The position numbers and the translations under genes were made by a program. Under the pieces are notes generated by a model. The model made no database searches and was not told the DNA's origin. It was given only the letters and a program-made list of their open reading frames with translations. Below are positions 18,979-28,399 of a stretch of DNA of 64,000 bases, in pieces. Source of the DNA: an uncultured Bacteriovoracaceae bacterium (lineage in GTDB: Bacteria > Bdellovibrionota > Bacteriovoracia > Bacteriovoracales > Bacteriovoracaceae). Position 1 is the stretch's first letter; every line of letters begins with the position of its first letter. The stretch covers positions 64,001 through 128,000 of the forward strand of contig CAXGUD010000005.1 in the NCBI GenBank assembly GCA_964012805.1, written 5' to 3'.

Positions 18979-20100
18979 TTATGTCCTGACCTTCAAAAAA
19001 GCCTTCGACAAAGCAAGGTTCTTCAACTCGGACTCAACATATTCCTTAAGTGCTGGATAACCCTCTCGACCCTTCACCAAAAAAGCTTTTGCTTGAGCAT
19101 AGACTGATGATCCAAGAAGGTTTTCCATCAAGTAAAAACCGTGCAGAGAATCCTTAACTCCGCCCGAAATAATAAAACTTCGGCACTTCGCTTTACTACC
19201 TAAATTATCTAGAATACGGTTGGCACAAATTATCATCTCATCTGCTGTATGGCCAACTTGAGAAAATTGGGAATAACTTGAAAAGTCATTTACCTTCCCT
19301 CTCATTAGCTCCAACTTAGTAAAATTTGTTCCACCATACGCAGCGAAGTCAATTGCACTGAGAGGCAGTTTAATAAGCTCTTCAAGGCTCTTTGGACCAA
19401 AACCTTGACCAACTTCCTTCACGATAAGCTTACCTTCAAATACGCCTAATAGCCTCTTAATGGTCTCTAGCGGTGCTCTTTTATATCTATCACCCTCCGG
19501 CTGAAACCATTCCTGCAAAGGGTTTATATGAACAATAAGACCATCTGCATCGAGTGTTTTTACAAGTTCTTGAAGTTTTTTCTCTTCACCATTATCTATA
19601 AGCTCTTCAACCTGAGCAATTCCTAGATTAGCGTAAAAAGGAAGCTCATCACCCAGTATAGGCCTTAAGTCAAAATCACTAATATGTTTTGAACTACTGA
19701 GGAGGGTTCTACAAGAACCAAGACCCATACCTAAACCAAACTCCGCAGCGATCTTGGCCCAGATTTTATTAAGTTTCCCGGCTTCCTTAGCACCTCCAGT
19801 CATACTAGATATCCAAAGAGGAGCCTTAACCCTTTTGCCTAAGAAGTCACAAGATAAGTCATCATTAAGCGGAGTTGGGTGAGCAGCAAGAAGAGGCTCG
19901 AAGTCAAAGCGGGAATCAGCTGTTTCGATAGGCATTTGAGACTTAACCGCCAAATCAAGATGATCGGTTTTTCTCTCCTCTAGACTGTCTGATTCAGAAC
20001 CATTTATATTGTCTTGCACCGTAATACCACTCTTTAACTTCTTAATGGGAAGTCTTAATGTTTTTCTATTCTGTTTATGAAAGATTTCCGGAAATGACAA
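18979..20100 (-). CDS. fni: Type 2 (FMN-dependent) isopentenyl-diphosphate delta-isomerase
   Basis: RKTDHL, SSMTGG, GLGMGLGS, HINPLQE..QPEGD, KEVGQG and GGTNF. The real start is probably GTG 20019. Confidence 0.92.
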   Translation of the reverse strand: MSFPEIFHKQNRKTLRLPIKKLKSGITVQDNINGSESDSLEERKTDHLDLAVKSQMPIETADSRFDFEPLLAAHPTPLNDDLSCDFLGKRVKAPLWISSMTGGAKEAGKLNKIWAKIAAEFGLGMGLGSCRTLLSSSKHISDFDLRPILGDELPFYANLGIAQVEELIDNGEEKKLQELVKTLDADGLIVHINPLQEWFQPEGDRYKRAPLETIKRLLGVFEGKLIVKEVGQGFGPKSLEELIKLPLSAIDFAAYGGTNFTKLELMRGKVNDFSSYSQFSQVGHTADEMIICANRILDNLGSKAKCRSFIISGGVKDSLHGFYLMENLLGSSVYAQAKAFLVKGREGYPALKEYVESELKNLALSKAFLKVRT

Positions 20101-20168
20101 ATATAACGGACTGGCTTAGATATTTAAACCTATTTTATACATACAAATTTTATACAAAATATCAGAGT

Positions 20169-20195
20169 TAATTTGTACTAAAAGTTTGCCGATTA
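20169..20195 (+). promoter_or_regulatory. sigma28/FliA-like promoter with no downstream + strand ORF
   Basis: TAAT-N15-GCCGATTA against the consensus TAAA-N15-GCCGATAA. Confidence 0.35.
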
Positions 20196-20265
20196 GTAAA
20201 CAAATTTTGTTGCATTAAACTTTATGTACGTCACTCCAGGGAAAAAAAGAAATTTAAACTTTATT

Positions 20266-22635
20266 TTAATTTAAACTTTTTCGCTTTTTTCCAACAAGTA
20301 TCAGTTCACTTACCTTATTTTTTTCAATGGCAGATGAGTTCATCAATTGAAAACGATACTTGTTTGTAAGATAAAGATCTTTTTGGTCTCGATAATGCTC
20401 ACTAAGTATATGTCCGGAGTTTCCTAAAGGAAGAACTCCCCAAGAAAAACCAGGAGTTTTGAAATCAATCAACCTTCTTGTCGAGGGACCAGACACAACC
20501 TTAAAACCGTTAGCACAGCCTTTACTCGCCAAATTATTAATAAGCTCGTAACCACCTGAAGCGCCATAAGGACCCAAATTGAAAATATAGTTTAACGGCT
20601 TTACTTTGCCTAGAGGATGAACGTGCTCTACGGTGTGCGCTTTCCCCCAAGTCCATTTTTCGATATTGCTACCAAAGCTTCTTGAGAGACTTTTAATAGC
20701 ATTTTGAAAACCTAAGAAAAGAATTTCATTCCTTTTTTCAACTTTATCATCTGTTGATTTTAAGTCCCACCAAGAAGCATTGTCTTGCTGTAATAACCTT
20801 TTGTAAGAAAACCAATGAGAACCAAGGCTGCAATAAGCTTCCATATGTTCTACAGGAAGCTCATCAAAGAGGAGTTTTTTATTTTCTAAGTTCCATTGAT
20901 GATAAATCAAAGCTGCTTTACTTTTAATAAGGGAACGGTAATTCCAACCTGTTAGCTCCTTAATGATACTTTTCTCTTTCTGAGTAAAACCTTTCCCATT
21001 AAGAGAAGAAAGCAATATTGGGAGAATTGACTGAGCTGTTTGAGAAAGAGATGAGGTTTGAATCTCTTTCAATTCTTCAACACTCCATTTTTCTTGAGTT
21101 TTAAGAAGAGAGTTAATTATATCAAACCGGTCAGAAGGTGACCAAAAACCAGCAATATTTTTTCCATGTAAAGGCCTCCAATTAGCAAGAACAATAACTC
21201 CGGACTCTGGATTATAAGTTCTTGGGTTTTCGGAAGTAGGAAAATAAGAATATTCATCTCTTCCAGAAGCACCATCTAAAACTCTATCTGAGTTCATACC
21301 TTTAGGCCTATTTGGGATTCTTCCATAGACCATTGATCCAATATCACCGTTAGAATCTGCGTAAGCGATATTAAGCCCTGGAGCAGCTCCATATCCAAAA
21401 GCTTTAGTAAATTCAGTCCAGTTCTTGGCCCTGGCCCCTCTATATATTCCTTCCAATGCTAGGTTTTTTGGATGGTAAAAACTCCATTTTACAGAGATAG
21501 GTTTTCCATCCATTATCTGATCCAAAAGAGGTCCATGAGGCGTTATTCTAACTTTCAGCTTTTTAGGGGCTTCACCCTTCACCTGAATAACTTCTTCATA
21601 CTCTCGAATCGGCTGCCATTCTCCCCTAAATTTAACTTTTTTACCGTCAGACGACATTTTTTCTTTGTAGAAATCCATATCATCGACCTTACTCATAGTA
21701 AGGCCCCAAGCAATATGCTTATTATGACCTAAAGCCGGAAACGGTATCAAAGGTAGGTAATGACCATAAATTTCATGATTCGGTGTTTTTATATGAGCTT
21801 CAAACCAGACCCCAGGCGTAGCAAAAGCAACGTGAGGATCCGAAGCCAAAATTGGTTTACCACTTTTGGAACGCTTTCCCGATAAAACCCAAGCATTACT
21901 ACCTTCAAAAGCATAAAAACCCTGCTTTAACTCCTCATGAATTCCTAATATTTTTTTTAGAGATACCTCAGAGACAGCTGCGACCTTTTTCTTTTCAAAT
22001 TCAGGTTCAGGTCTTAAATTTTCAAACATATCTTTTGATAAGGTAGAGGCTAGTGTCGAAAAAAGAACATCTTTTCGAAAAGAGGTTGCAAAGCTATAAC
22101 CCATATAACCGCTAAAGGAAAAAGCATCGTAAGGGCCAAAAGGCTTCGGTTCATAGCCAAGTAAATGAAACTCAATTGGCAGAGGGTTTTTCTTTATATA
22201 CTCATTAACGCCTTCATAAAAAGCTGTTAGATGACCCCACATTTTTTTATTTCTTTTACCTTCTCTTTTCCTCTTCTCCATAAGCTCGACCATCGCCTTT
22301 CTAAATCGAAGAGTTCTAAACTTTTTATCTACTTCTAAAGTTCTTTTTCCTAAAACTTCACTCAGTTGGCCATTGGCCAACCTTCTTTGAATATCCATCT
22401 GAAAAAGTCTTTCACTGGCCATGACAAAACCCAAGGCAAAGTAAGCATCTCTTTCACTCTCAGATGTAATATGGGGAACTCCCCACTCATCTTTTACAAT
22501 CCTAACTTTACTTTCAAGACCTTTTAAGAAAACAACACCTTCGCTGACTGGCTTGGACCTATGAAATAAGTAATAAACTGAGGAAAGGACTATAGTTAAG
22601 AGAAACAAAGTAGTGAAAAGAATTTTTTTCAACAC
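20266..22635 (-). CDS. Penicillin acylase family Ntn-hydrolase (peptidase S45; AHL-acylase-like)
   Basis: DEWGVPHI, ERLFQMD, autocleavage site GSNAWV, ILASDPH, TPHGP and PSTRRLIDF; N-terminal anchor; GTG start after AGGAG. Confidence 0.92.
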   Translation of the reverse strand: MLKKILFTTLFLLTIVLSSVYYLFHRSKPVSEGVVFLKGLESKVRIVKDEWGVPHITSESERDAYFALGFVMASERLFQMDIQRRLANGQLSEVLGKRTLEVDKKFRTLRFRKAMVELMEKRKREGKRNKKMWGHLTAFYEGVNEYIKKNPLPIEFHLLGYEPKPFGPYDAFSFSGYMGYSFATSFRKDVLFSTLASTLSKDMFENLRPEPEFEKKKVAAVSEVSLKKILGIHEELKQGFYAFEGSNAWVLSGKRSKSGKPILASDPHVAFATPGVWFEAHIKTPNHEIYGHYLPLIPFPALGHNKHIAWGLTMSKVDDMDFYKEKMSSDGKKVKFRGEWQPIREYEEVIQVKGEAPKKLKVRITPHGPLLDQIMDGKPISVKWSFYHPKNLALEGIYRGARAKNWTEFTKAFGYGAAPGLNIAYADSNGDIGSMVYGRIPNRPKGMNSDRVLDGASGRDEYSYFPTSENPRTYNPESGVIVLANWRPLHGKNIAGFWSPSDRFDIINSLLKTQEKWSVEELKEIQTSSLSQTAQSILPILLSSLNGKGFTQKEKSIIKELTGWNYRSLIKSKAALIYHQWNLENKKLLFDELPVEHMEAYCSLGSHWFSYKRLLQQDNASWWDLKSTDDKVEKRNEILFLGFQNAIKSLSRSFGSNIEKWTWGKAHTVEHVHPLGKVKPLNYIFNLGPYGASGGYELINNLASKGCANGFKVVSGPSTRRLIDFKTPGFSWGVLPLGNSGHILSEHYRDQKDLYLTNKYRFQLMNSSAIEKNKVSELILVGKKRKSLN

Positions 22636-22754
22636 TTTTAAAACTCCTGTTAGAAATGCTTATTTCAAAAAAACTTATCCAAATAAACATTTTGGCAGTT
22701 AAAAGAGATAAAAATTAAATAGCGTTTATTATGTACGATGTCAAAAGGAGGTGC

Positions 22755-22807
22755 TTCATTGAAGGTCTGAATACAATAAAACTTATTGTATTCAGACCTT
22801 CAATGAA
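22755..22807. repeat. Perfect 25-bp inverted repeat with a 3-nt loop
   Basis: TTCATTGAAGGTCTGAATACAATAA-AAC-TTATTGTATTCAGACCTTCAATGAA. Confidence 0.9.
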
Positions 22808-22869
22808 AGTTGACAGTAAAAAAGACCATGATTTACTAATTCATATTGCAGAGATGCTTAAAGGGTATG

Positions 22870-23592
22870 TCAAAATGGTGAATCTTTTTTTGAAAAAGGA
22901 GCAATAATTAATACAAACTCCCTCTTTTTATTTTTTAAGTTTTTTATTAGTTGGTTGGCACCACCTCGCATAAGCTCCTCAGTTTCTGAGTTTAAATCCA
23001 AGGCCAAGAAAACATCTCTTTTTTTCTTCAAAAAAGTCTTAAGCTCTCCCAGAGTTTTTCCTAGCCTGTAAGGGGTATCCATTAAAACAAGTGTAGCTTC
23101 ATTTTGAAGAAGTTCTTTCCATCTTTGTTCCCGAAACTCCTTTTTAGCAGGAAGAAAACCCTCAAACCAAAAACTTTTATGAGAAAAGCCTGAAAGGGCC
23201 AAAGCCAAACTTATCGAATGAGGAAAAGGCGTGCTTGTAACCCTTACCCTAGACTTGTGGCAAAGGTCGACAAGTTGTCTACCTGGATCACAAAATGCAG
23301 GTAAACCTCCATCACTCATCAAAAAAACATTAAAACCTTTTTTCAAGTAGTCCAGTAAGGCAACAGATTCTTTTTCATAAGTATGTTCATTATATAAAAC
23401 AAAGTCATTTACAATATCTCGTGGTAGTCCCCAACGGATCCAACGCCTCCTACCCGCTTTCAAGTCCTCGATAGCAAAAATTGTTTTTTCTTTCTTATTC
23501 TCATAAGCGTCTTTCAACTGATTAAAGGCAACTTCTTCAAGAGGATTAACTTCATCAATAGGGGTCGGAACAAGAGTAAGTATTCCTTTCAC
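22870..23592 (-). CDS. rsmI: RsmI-like SAM-dependent methyltransferase (tetrapyrrole methylase fold)
   Basis: LTLVPTPI, MSDGGLPAFCDPG, ALALSGF, FEGFLP and MDTPYRL. Confidence 0.75.
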   Translation of the reverse strand: MKGILTLVPTPIDEVNPLEEVAFNQLKDAYENKKEKTIFAIEDLKAGRRRWIRWGLPRDIVNDFVLYNEHTYEKESVALLDYLKKGFNVFLMSDGGLPAFCDPGRQLVDLCHKSRVRVTSTPFPHSISLALALSGFSHKSFWFEGFLPAKKEFREQRWKELLQNEATLVLMDTPYRLGKTLGELKTFLKKKRDVFLALDLNSETEELMRGGANQLIKNLKNKKREFVLIIAPFSKKDSPF

Positions 23593-23616
23593 TTTAAGTA
23601 TCCTTTTTTTAAAACT

Positions 23617-24561
23617 TTACTTATTGCTTTTTTGACTTAAAACAACAATTTTTTCGGGAAATATTCTAATTCCTAAATAGAAAGATAGTATTGCCACAGG
23701 AAAGGCAGCCAGTAAATCTAAAGTATAGTGATATCTAAGACCGATGGTGGCCAGCATAATAGAAAGGGTCAAAAAGAGACACCATTTAAAGTGGGGGTGT
23801 TTGGTATAAAAAGACCATAGGCAAACAAGGACTGCAATCCCTGTATGGCCACTCGGAAAGCAATCAATTTTAGTATATTGAGCCGAGTGAACAGCTTCAT
23901 AAAAGAAATTTCCTACAATACTTAAAGGAAGAGGATCTCTAAAAATTTCTTCCAAGTAGTACTGGGGACCTGTAACTGGTATAAATAAATAAAAAAGAAA
24001 GTTAACCCCATAATAGAGATTTATAGTGGAAAAATAAGAAATGATTTTATATTTTTCATTATCATCTAAATTTACATAATAAAGAACTCCAAAATAAAAA
24101 GGCATAATATAATAACTCATATAACTTAAAACCATATAGTCATAAAAGAATAATCTCATGACTTCATTCCAGCTTGATGTATATTCCCAAATAAATTGAG
24201 CACCCTGAAGTCCAAAAAGCCAATTATCAAAGTCTACAAATACTCTATCCACTCGAGGGAAACCTCCCACCGAACGATCAATATGACCGACTAAAAGGTA
24301 GTTCAAACCGATAGCTAAACTCAAAGGAATAATTGAGTATAAGAATTTAATTGCTTTTTTTTGTGGCTTTATCAAATTCCTAAAGTAAAAAAAAATTAAA
24401 TAGATGAAAACAGGAATAAGACAATAGAAATTAAAAGGTCCAAAAATCAAACCACTTAAAATAAAAAGTAAAGTATTAAAAAAGATAATGGCCAATCCCA
24501 TTGCACCTAGGCCCATATCTTCCTTATAATCTTTCCAAAGATTCACAATTTTTTTGACCAT
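23617..24561 (-). CDS. PAP2-superfamily membrane phosphatase/phosphotransferase (PAP2_3, AUR1/IPC-synthase-like)
   Basis: Many TM helices; PVTGPQY, CFPSGH and RYHYTLD catalytic motifs. Confidence 0.78.
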   Translation of the reverse strand: MVKKIVNLWKDYKEDMGLGAMGLAIIFFNTLLFILSGLIFGPFNFYCLIPVFIYLIFFYFRNLIKPQKKAIKFLYSIIPLSLAIGLNYLLVGHIDRSVGGFPRVDRVFVDFDNWLFGLQGAQFIWEYTSSWNEVMRLFFYDYMVLSYMSYYIMPFYFGVLYYVNLDDNEKYKIISYFSTINLYYGVNFLFYLFIPVTGPQYYLEEIFRDPLPLSIVGNFFYEAVHSAQYTKIDCFPSGHTGIAVLVCLWSFYTKHPHFKWCLFLTLSIMLATIGLRYHYTLDLLAAFPVAILSFYLGIRIFPEKIVVLSQKSNK

Positions 24562-24619
24562 CCTATCTTCTTAATGTAGCCCTTTTTAAGTATTTACCTA
24601 TTATAAAGTCTTGAGAGCC

Positions 24620-25846
24620 ATGATCAAAAACGTATTTTGCTTTTATTTAGTTATTTCTCCAGGTTTAGAGGAAATTTCTTTAAATGAAATTGAAAATAAA
24701 TGGGTTGTTTTTTTTCCTGACGAGAAAATTCCTGAAATTAAAACGGTTGTTGGAGGCTTAGAAGTCGACATTTCATTAGAAAAGGGAGTTCTTTTAAACC
24801 AAATACTCAAAATACCAACCAGAGTTTTATTAAGGCTCAAGGAATTTAAGTGTAGGGATTTACCAAAACTATACAACAAAATAAAAAATATTGACTGGTC
24901 ACCCTTTCTAACAGAAGCTCCAATTTCACTCAAAATATCTTGTCACCAATCAAGACTTTTCCATACTAATAAAATTGAATTAACTGTTGCAAAAGCATTC
25001 CAAGTATATTTCAAAGGTTTCCCAGCCAAAAAGAAATATATTGAAAATGCAAAAAAGTTCCACCCAACAGCTCTCTACATTAGGTTTGATAATGACATTT
25101 GCACTTTGAGTATAGATACATCGGGAGAGCCACTCTACAAAAGGTCAAAAAGACCATTTAACGGTAAAGCTCCGATAAGAGAAAATTATGGAGCAGCTCT
25201 TTGCTTTTCGTTAAAAAAAGAAATTGAACTAATTAGCAAATCCCAAAGCGCTACTAACTTTCACTTAATCGACCCGATGTGTGGAAGTGGAACTTTCCTT
25301 GTTGAGGCAAATAATTGGTTGAGACCAAATCAGGAAAGAAATTTCTCTTACTTTTCCTACCCTTGCTTTAAACTTGCTCCTCCTTCCTTGTTTATTAAAA
25401 ATCGTTCAAATGAAATATCACAAAACAAAAGTTCTCTTTTTTTAACATCAAGTGGATATGAAGCGAACGCTACCATTCTTCAAAAAACAAAAGAAAATAA
25501 CTTAAACTTTGAACCAGAGATTAATATTTTAAAACACGATATTCTTTCAAGTGATAATATGAAGGACTTACCAAATGGTAATAAAGCCGTCATCTTTAAC
25601 CCTCCCTACGGAAAGCGTATTAAATTAAGTCAAAAACCCACATCGTATTACCCCTCTCTTTTTAAAAAAATAAAAGAAAAAATTAACCCAGAGTTTTTGG
25701 CCGTTGTTTTTCCCTTACCAGAAGATGAAAAAGATAAAAACATAATTCTGAGTTCAATTAAACCCTATAAACTCGTAAAGAAAATTGCCTTCAAAAACGG
25801 AGGGATCCCAGTCTTTTTTATGATTTTTTGTAGACAGCTGTCCTAA
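24620..25846 (+). CDS. THUMP-domain RNA methyltransferase (RlmL/TrmN-like)
   Basis: PGLEE, SIDTSGEPLYKR, APIREN, DPMCGSGTF and NPPYGKRI; ATG 24620 preferred over TTG 24611. Confidence 0.85.
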   Translation: MIKNVFCFYLVISPGLEEISLNEIENKWVVFFPDEKIPEIKTVVGGLEVDISLEKGVLLNQILKIPTRVLLRLKEFKCRDLPKLYNKIKNIDWSPFLTEAPISLKISCHQSRLFHTNKIELTVAKAFQVYFKGFPAKKKYIENAKKFHPTALYIRFDNDICTLSIDTSGEPLYKRSKRPFNGKAPIRENYGAALCFSLKKEIELISKSQSATNFHLIDPMCGSGTFLVEANNWLRPNQERNFSYFSYPCFKLAPPSLFIKNRSNEISQNKSSLFLTSSGYEANATILQKTKENNLNFEPEINILKHDILSSDNMKDLPNGNKAVIFNPPYGKRIKLSQKPTSYYPSLFKKIKEKINPEFLAVVFPLPEDEKDKNIILSSIKPYKLVKKIAFKNGGIPVFFMIFCRQLS

Positions 25847-26996
25847 CACTTAGAGCACTTATATGAGGGACAAAAACAACTTCTCCATGAGTTCCCATTT
25901 CTACATCTTCTAATAAAGCGTTTCTTAAAAAATAGGCCTTTTGAGTTTTGACTTTACCTTCAGGAGTTTTAAACTCTAATTCATCGTTAAGACTTACATT
26001 TTCTTTTGGGTTTTTTAACAGGACGGCAACATAATTTTTTTTAACAACTTCAACAACTTCACCCAAGTAGTTTTCATCCTTTCTTTGAATTCTATGGTTT
26101 TTAAGCTTTTTAAATAAAACATCACTTTTATTAGCTTTAAAAAAACCTTGAATACACTTTTGAGAAAAGTAATCTTTTACGTTGGACAAATTAATTCCAC
26201 TTCTCAAAATTGGACCGACTTTTTCAAGTAAAGGGATGCATTCTTCTCCTCTTAAATCAAATCTTAAAAAATTAAGACCCATTCCTTTTAACTCGGAAGC
26301 ATGTTCTAAAAGATTATGTCCTTTTGGATGGTACATAAAAGTGCCATGTCTATTCTCTATTATAGGAAAGTCTTTATGGGGGGTTTCGGAACTTGCACCT
26401 GTAACTTCAATAAACTCTTCCTTTAAGCTAAAAGATGGGCTTAAAAGATTTCTAGGAGTATAAAAAAGCAAGATCCTACCTAGTCCTAAAAGTTCTGTTT
26501 CACAGGGTATTTTTGATAAAAATAATTGAAGTGTTTTTTTTGGCAATTCTAAGGATAAAACGATCCGCTTTAATTGTACTCCCAAATGCCCTATCCACCC
26601 TGATATTGATTCAAAATTATGGTGTCCAGTTTCTAATATTAGATGAATAGGTATATCGGGGTATTTAGATTTTAAAAACTCCACAGCTCCGGGATCTTGA
26701 ACCCTTATTGCAGAAAATATTTCCAAAGGCACATCTTTCAAATATAATTCAACCTTCTGAAATATATTTTCAGTCATTAAAATATCCCAACTAAGTATCG
26801 GGCTCAAACCAGATTTAACCGCAATCCTGGCCAATCTTATTAATTCATCTAATTTAAGCCTCCCCATTCTAGAGAGCTCTCTTGGCTCTAAAATGACTTC
26901 TTTAAAACCTGCTTTTTTAAAAGGAAGAATTTGATCTTCACTTTCCAAATAGGTGTTCATCGAGGGTAAAGTATTTTTTGCCTCTTTAATAATCAC
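25818..26996 (-). CDS. U32 peptidase family protein, Cys-less partner subunit (TrhP-associated)
   Basis: AIRVQDPG, RIVLSLEL and ENRHGTFMY match the U32 fold, but the Fe-S Cys motif is absent; GTG start overlaps the upstream stop. Confidence 0.72.
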   Translation of the reverse strand: MIIKEAKNTLPSMNTYLESEDQILPFKKAGFKEVILEPRELSRMGRLKLDELIRLARIAVKSGLSPILSWDILMTENIFQKVELYLKDVPLEIFSAIRVQDPGAVEFLKSKYPDIPIHLILETGHHNFESISGWIGHLGVQLKRIVLSLELPKKTLQLFLSKIPCETELLGLGRILLFYTPRNLLSPSFSLKEEFIEVTGASSETPHKDFPIIENRHGTFMYHPKGHNLLEHASELKGMGLNFLRFDLRGEECIPLLEKVGPILRSGINLSNVKDYFSQKCIQGFFKANKSDVLFKKLKNHRIQRKDENYLGEVVEVVKKNYVAVLLKNPKENVSLNDELEFKTPEGKVKTQKAYFLRNALLEDVEMGTHGEVVFVPHISALSVRTAVYKKS

Positions 26997-28201
26997 TGCT
27001 CAATCCTCTTTCTGATAATATTCCATTTTTTAACTCCTTCAAAAAGAGGAAGCTTAACGAGAAGACCTGGCTTTGTTTTTTCAAATTTTTCGCCTGCGAC
27101 ATTCTCTAAGCTCTCAGTTTTAAAAGTAATCGGTTCTCCCTCAAAAGGTAGTATTTCGAGCTCTTCCCCAGAAGAAAAGGAGCTTCTCACCTCTACAAGC
27201 ATAAAATTTTCGTGAATGACTTGAAGAACAAGCCCTACAATTACAAACTCTTTTTCCTCAGTTTCCCTTTCAGAGTAAATAGAGTCTACACCTGCTTTCT
27301 CTACAAGGTTCCCCTCGTGATATTCCCGATGAGTAACTTTATTAAGTTCTTCTTTCCAAGAATAAAGATCCTCACTTAAAAAATGACCATTCTTGGAAAA
27401 GTAACTCAAAGCTTCTGAATAGACTTTTGAAGTCGTACCAGCATAAAGATGACTTTTCATTCTCCCTTCAATCTTTAGAGAGTCGATTCCATAGCGAATA
27501 AAATCAGGTAAAACACTTATCCCTTTCAAATCTTTTGAACTCATAAAAAAGGATTTAAGCTCTTTCTTAACTCCCGAATTTTCCTTACCTTCAAGAGTAT
27601 ACTCAAAACGGCAACTATGAGCACAGCCACCTCTATTTGAATCCCTCCCAGAAGTGTAATTAGAAATAACGCAGTTACCCGAGTAGGCCATACACATGGA
27701 ACCATGGATAAAAAGCTCTACCTCCAGTCCGGTTTCCTTTTTAATGAGGCTTGCCTCTTCTAAAGACACTTCTCTTCCAAGTACGATTCTTTGAACCCCC
27801 ATCTTTTTCCAAAAACGTGCTGATTGAATATTTAAGCAAGAAGCTTGAGTTGATAGGTGAATAGGTATATTGCTTACATTACGAACTGTCCTAACAACAC
27901 CCAAATCAGAAACAATAACAGCGTCAACGCTAATTTCCTCCAAAAAACTTACGAAAGCAGGAAGCTCGTCTAAATCTTGATCATGTAAAAAACTATTTAA
28001 AACAACAAAAACTTTAGCATTATTTTCGTGAGCAAAGCTAACGCCCTCTTCTAACTCTTGATAAGTTAAATTATCTGCAGCTGAGCGAAGACCAAATTTT
28101 TGACCGCCACAATAAACAGCATCGGCTCCATAAGATATAGAAACCTTGAGTTTTTCAAGACTTCCGGCTGGAGACAATAATTCAGGTACCCAATGACTCA
28201 T
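26993..28201 (-). CDS. U32 family Fe-S protein, probable tRNA 5-hydroxyuridine synthesis (TrhP)
   Basis: PELLSPAG, GADAVY, HLSTQ, HGSMCMAYSGNC, NRGGCAHSCR and SLKIEGRMKS. Confidence 0.85.
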   Translation of the reverse strand: MSHWVPELLSPAGSLEKLKVSISYGADAVYCGGQKFGLRSAADNLTYQELEEGVSFAHENNAKVFVVLNSFLHDQDLDELPAFVSFLEEISVDAVIVSDLGVVRTVRNVSNIPIHLSTQASCLNIQSARFWKKMGVQRIVLGREVSLEEASLIKKETGLEVELFIHGSMCMAYSGNCVISNYTSGRDSNRGGCAHSCRFEYTLEGKENSGVKKELKSFFMSSKDLKGISVLPDFIRYGIDSLKIEGRMKSHLYAGTTSKVYSEALSYFSKNGHFLSEDLYSWKEELNKVTHREYHEGNLVEKAGVDSIYSERETEEKEFVIVGLVLQVIHENFMLVEVRSSFSSGEELEILPFEGEPITFKTESLENVAGEKFEKTKPGLLVKLPLFEGVKKWNIIRKRIEQ

Positions 28202-28364
28202 CTTTTATTCACCTTCTTTGTCTGGAGACCTTTTTTTTTAAATATTCCCCTAGAAAATTGAAAGCTCGGTATATCACGCCACAAAATAGCCTGCAATCAC
28301 TGCGTAAAATTAATTTGGAACCATAGCAAAGGAAGCCCGCTGATAACGCGACACGCAATTAAAA

Positions 28365-28393
28365 TTGACGGGTTAGGACAATATTTCTAGAAT
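28365..28393 (+). promoter_or_regulatory. sigma70-type promoter immediately upstream of ATG 28400
   Basis: TTGACG(28365-70)-N17-TAGAAT(28388-93). Confidence 0.6.
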
Positions 28394-28399
28394 TAAGAC

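Noticed and set aside
20222..22737. TTATGTACG on both sides of the acylase as a target-site duplication
   Set aside because: It is only 9 bp in AT-rich DNA, with no mobile-element genes or terminal repeats.
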